Shown piece by piece: positions 60,777 to 64,000 of a stretch of DNA of 64,000 bases. Each line of letters begins with the position of its first letter. Within the stretch, counting starts at the first letter, position 1. This DNA is from an uncultured Gemmatimonadales bacterium (lineage in GTDB: Bacteria; Gemmatimonadota; Gemmatimonadetes; Longimicrobiales; Gaopeijiaceae), in NCBI GenBank assembly GCA_963809895.1, contig CAWELD010000003.1, forward strand, positions 2,944,001 through 3,008,000, given 5' to 3'. The notes beneath the pieces are model-generated. The model ran no database searches and was not told the origin of the DNA. It saw nothing but the letters and a program-made list of their open reading frames with translations. Made by a program: the position numbers and the translations under genes.

Positions 60777-62321
60777 ATGAAGCGTGCACGGATGCTGACG
60801 TTGAGCATCGCGACGTCGTTCCTCGTGGCCGTCCCGGCCGCAGCCCAACGCCCACCGCAGGGTGGCGGGGGCGGAGGGCAGTCCGAGGGCGTAGCGGCGA
60901 AGGAGAACGTCTCCACCACCCACCACACCGCCAACATCGGCGGCGAGCAGATCGCCTATACGGCCAACACCGGGACCATGGTCCTGCACGGACCCGACGG
61001 AGAGCCCCGGGCCACGGTCTTCTACATCGCCTACACGCGCGATGGGGAGGACGCCGCCGACCGCCCGGTGACCTTCTTCTTCAACGGGGGTCCGGGGTCG
61101 GCGTCCATCTGGCTGGACATGGGCATCATGAGCCCCAAGCACCCGGAGATGGGGCCCGAGGGCTCGCAGCCGGCGCCGCCCTATGCCCTGGTGGACAACC
61201 CCAACTCGCCTCTGGACGTGACCGATCTGGTCCAGGTGGACGCCATGATGACCGGCTATTCGCGGCCCGGCGAGGGCGTGCCGGCCTCGGACTACACGGG
61301 CCAGCGCAACGACATCGCCATGTTCGCCGAGTTCATCCGCGATTATCTGGACAAGTACGATCGCTGGGCCTCGCCCAAGTACCTGTTCGGCGAGAGCTAC
61401 GGCACCTTCCGCTCGGCCGGCCTCGCCAGCGAGCTGCAGGACGGCGAAGGCATCGAGCTGAACGGCATCATGCTCCTGGGCACCGTGCTGGACCTCGGTT
61501 ACATCGCGCCGTCGCCGACCAACGACATCGGCTACTCCAACTATCTGCCGACGTACACCGCCACGGCCTGGTACCACAAGAAGCTCCCGGCCGACCTTCA
61601 GAGCGAGAGCCTGGAAGACGTCGTGCAGCAGTCCCGGGACTACGCCTTCGGGGACTACATGACCGCGCTGGCCGCGGGCAACGCGCTGACGACGGCGGAA
61701 CGACGGGCGGTGGCCCAGAAGCTCGCCCGGCTCACCGGCGTATCGGAGGAGTTCATCCTCAACACCAACCTCCGCATCGACGCCGGGACGTACCGCACCG
61801 AGCTGCTCCGGGACCAGCGGGAGACGGTGGGCCGCTACGACAGTCGCATGATCGGCATCAACGGCAACGCGGCCAGCCAGCGCCAGGACTACGACCCGTC
61901 CGACGTGGCGCCGTCGAGCGCGTTCATGGCGGCCTTCATGCAATACCTGCACAACGACCTGGGCTTCCGCACCGACCTGCAGTACTACATGGGCGGGCAC
62001 ACCGGTCGCTGGGACTACGGCGGCGCCGGCTACGGGGGCTACCCGAACACGGTGGAGTCGCTGCGGCTGGCCATGGCCAAGGACCCCTATCTGCGGGTGA
62101 TGGTGGGATCCGGCTACTACGACATGGCCACGCCCTTCGCCAACGCGGAGTACACCTTCCGCCACATGGGCTTCGACCAGACCTACAAGGACCGGGTGGA
62201 GTTCACCTACTACGAGAGCGGGCACATGGCCTATCTGAACCAGGCCTCGGCCCGCAAGCTCAAGCAGGACATCACCAACTTCATCACCTCCACCAAGCAG
62301 CCGGCGACGGTGTCGCACTGA
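60777..62321 (+). CDS. S10 serine carboxypeptidase, secreted
   Basis: FNGGPGSAS, GESYG, GYYDMATP, SGHM; signal peptide. Confidence 0.92.
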   Translation: MKRARMLTLSIATSFLVAVPAAAQRPPQGGGGGGQSEGVAAKENVSTTHHTANIGGEQIAYTANTGTMVLHGPDGEPRATVFYIAYTRDGEDAADRPVTFFFNGGPGSASIWLDMGIMSPKHPEMGPEGSQPAPPYALVDNPNSPLDVTDLVQVDAMMTGYSRPGEGVPASDYTGQRNDIAMFAEFIRDYLDKYDRWASPKYLFGESYGTFRSAGLASELQDGEGIELNGIMLLGTVLDLGYIAPSPTNDIGYSNYLPTYTATAWYHKKLPADLQSESLEDVVQQSRDYAFGDYMTALAAGNALTTAERRAVAQKLARLTGVSEEFILNTNLRIDAGTYRTELLRDQRETVGRYDSRMIGINGNAASQRQDYDPSDVAPSSAFMAAFMQYLHNDLGFRTDLQYYMGGHTGRWDYGGAGYGGYPNTVESLRLAMAKDPYLRVMVGSGYYDMATPFANAEYTFRHMGFDQTYKDRVEFTYYESGHMAYLNQASARKLKQDITNFITSTKQPATVSH

Positions 62322-62424
62322 ATCGCGCGGGCGCGGCGCGGCCCATCGGTCGCGTCGCGCCGCGGCGTGCGGGGCCGGGCGCGCGTGCTGCCGGCCCAGC
62401 TCCGACGTGGGAGGACGCCTCCGC

Positions 62425-63024
62425 TCAGGAACCCGGCGTGTCTCTCGCCGACTCCTCTCCCTGGTACGCGAGGGCGTGCAACAGATACGCCCGGGCCCGC
62501 GCCCATTCGCGCTCCACGGTGCGAGAAGACGTGCCCAGGGCGGCCGCGGTCTCGGGCACGGTCATCCCCCCGAAATACCGGCACTCGACGATGCGGGACA
62601 TGCGCTGGCTCTTGGCCTCGAGCTTCAGGAGCGCGTCCTCGACGGCCAGGATGTCGGCGATGTCCGCGTCCACGGCGGCGGTGTTCTCGTCGAGCGGGAC
62701 CTGCACCCGCGTGCCGCCACGCTTCTCCGCGTGACGTTTTCGGGCGAAGTCGATGAGGATCCGGCGCATGGCCTTCGAGCAGAAGGCGAAGAACTGCGCC
62801 TTGCCGCGGCGACTCCACGAGTCGAGGCCCGCCAGTTTGACGTAGGCTTCGTGGACCAGGACGGTCGTATCCAGGATCTCGTCACGACCTACGCGAGCCA
62901 GGTGCCGGTGCGCCATCTGGCGAAGGTCGTCATAGACGAGCTCGATGAGGCGGTCGAAGGCCTCCTCCTCTCCCTCGCTCCACCGCGATACGAGGCGGGT
63001 GATCTCGCTGGCTTCCTGGCTCAT
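62425..63024 (-). CDS. ECF sigma factor of the kinase-associated type
   Basis: LVYDDLRQMA, TTVLVHEAY, AMRRILID.AR, RYFGG, RTVEREW..ARA. Confidence 0.9.
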   Translation of the reverse strand: MSQEASEITRLVSRWSEGEEEAFDRLIELVYDDLRQMAHRHLARVGRDEILDTTVLVHEAYVKLAGLDSWSRRGKAQFFAFCSKAMRRILIDFARKRHAEKRGGTRVQVPLDENTAAVDADIADILAVEDALLKLEAKSQRMSRIVECRYFGGMTVPETAAALGTSSRTVEREWARARAYLLHALAYQGEESARDTPGS

Positions 63025-63151
63025 GGTAGATCAAGGTACTGGCTTCCATTTCTCGCCGCGAAGCGACTCGCTCGGTAGCTTGTGACGTGTGGATGGCGTG
63101 GGTGACGGCCGGCCCCCGCCACGGACCCTCCCCCAGCGGCCCGTCGAGCCC

Positions 63152-64000
63152 GTGGATCGCGAATCCCTCTGGAACCGATGGGATGAGATCGATGGCCTTC
63201 TCGAGCAGGCGCTCGAGCGGCCAGTCGAGGAGCGCGACGCCTTCCTGACGAGGGCGTGCGCCGACGATCCCGAGCTGCTTCGGATTCTCCGAACCCTGGT
63301 CGGGGCCGCGCGCCGCGAAGGCGGCCCCGACCCGCCGGGCCCCGCTCTCCTCGGCGCCGCTCTGGGGGGCGACGGCCGGGAGGAGCACGCCGACGCCCTG
63401 CTCGGGGCCACCGTGGGCCCCTATCGCCTGGTGGGAATCCTGGGAACCGGTGGAATGGGCGTGGTCTATCTCGCAGAGCGCGCGGACGGCGTCTTCGAGC
63501 GACAGGTCGCCGTCAAGGTGCTCCACCGCTCCCTCGACGCGCCCGACATCCGCCACCGCTTCAGGCTCGAGCGCCAGATCCTGGCGTCTCTCAACCACCC
63601 GGGCATCGCCCAGATGATCGACGGGGGCGTCACCGACGACGGGCGGCCCTACCTGGTGATGGAGCACGTCGAGGGAATCCCCATCGACCGATACGCCGAC
63701 GGGCGGGGCCTGACCATCGATGAGCGCATCCGGCTGGTGATCGCCACGGCCGACGCCGTGGAGTACGCCCACCGCCACATGGTCATCCACCGGGACCTCA
63801 AGCCCAGCAACATCCTCGTGACCGACGAGGGCCGGGTGAAGCTCCTGGACTTCGGGATCGCCAAGCTGTTGGCGGACCGAGAGGAGGCCGAGGCGCTGAC
63901 ACGGCCCGGGGCCCGTTTCGTCACACCCGAGTACGCGGCCCCCGAGCAGCTCCTGGGCGAGCCCATGACGACGCAGAGCGATGTCTACGCCCTGACGGTG
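63152..64000 (+). CDS. Hanks-type Ser/Thr protein kinase, truncated by window end (alternative start 63089)
   Basis: Manual translation: RWDEIDGLLEQALE..LGTGGMGVVY, VAVKVL, HRDLKPSN, LLDFGIAK, TPEYAAPEQ. Confidence 0.92.
   Translation, partial: MDRESLWNRWDEIDGLLEQALERPVEERDAFLTRACADDPELLRILRTLVGAARREGGPDPPGPALLGAALGGDGREEHADALLGATVGPYRLVGILGTGGMGVVYLAERADGVFERQVAVKVLHRSLDAPDIRHRFRLERQILASLNHPGIAQMIDGGVTDDGRPYLVMEHVEGIPIDRYADGRGLTIDERIRLVIATADAVEYAHRHMVIHRDLKPSNILVTDEGRVKLLDFGIAKLLADREEAEALTRPGARFVTPEYAAPEQLLGEPMTTQSDVYALTV

Overview
GC-rich bacterial window; the gene repertoire (several PadR-ADOP permease pairs, an ECF sigma factor with a Ser/Thr kinase, many secreted peptidases) resembles Gemmatimonadota/Acidobacteriota, which is an inference. 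From left to right: a minus-strand heme operon (hemB, chdC-like, hemA, hemC, hemD, hemL) damaged by indels and a 586-nt poly-G artefact; a CDF transporter, M23 peptidase and beta-hydroxyacid dehydrogenase; divergent PadR-ADOP pairs; a GH3 glycosidase; a tricorn-type S41 protease; an unexplained three-gene module (31-aa-repeat fibre-like protein with a putative autocleaving chaperone domain, a metzincin protease and a HEAT-repeat protein) preceded by three phased TGAGACG heptamers; a LuxR-TPR regulator with a flavoprotein monooxygenase; a third PadR-ADOP pair; S9A, TPR, TauD, M24B, APC permease and amidohydrolase genes; a coupled operon of histidine kinase, receiver-TrxB-like fusion and TolB-like/TPR protein; an ABM-like gene with a BBE-oxidase relic; GH38; a PadR-less ADOP; S9, SRPBCC and HTH genes; a PQQ-type dehydrogenase-cytochrome c fusion; a sortilin/BNR-repeat protein; S10; and an ECF sigma factor divergent from a truncated Ser/Thr kinase. 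I found no rRNA, tRNA, CRISPR array or mobile element. The best candidates for undescribed biology are the 21.0-24.3 kb module and the PadR-ADOP architecture (prefix domain plus internal start site). All family assignments come from reading motifs by eye; no searches were run.
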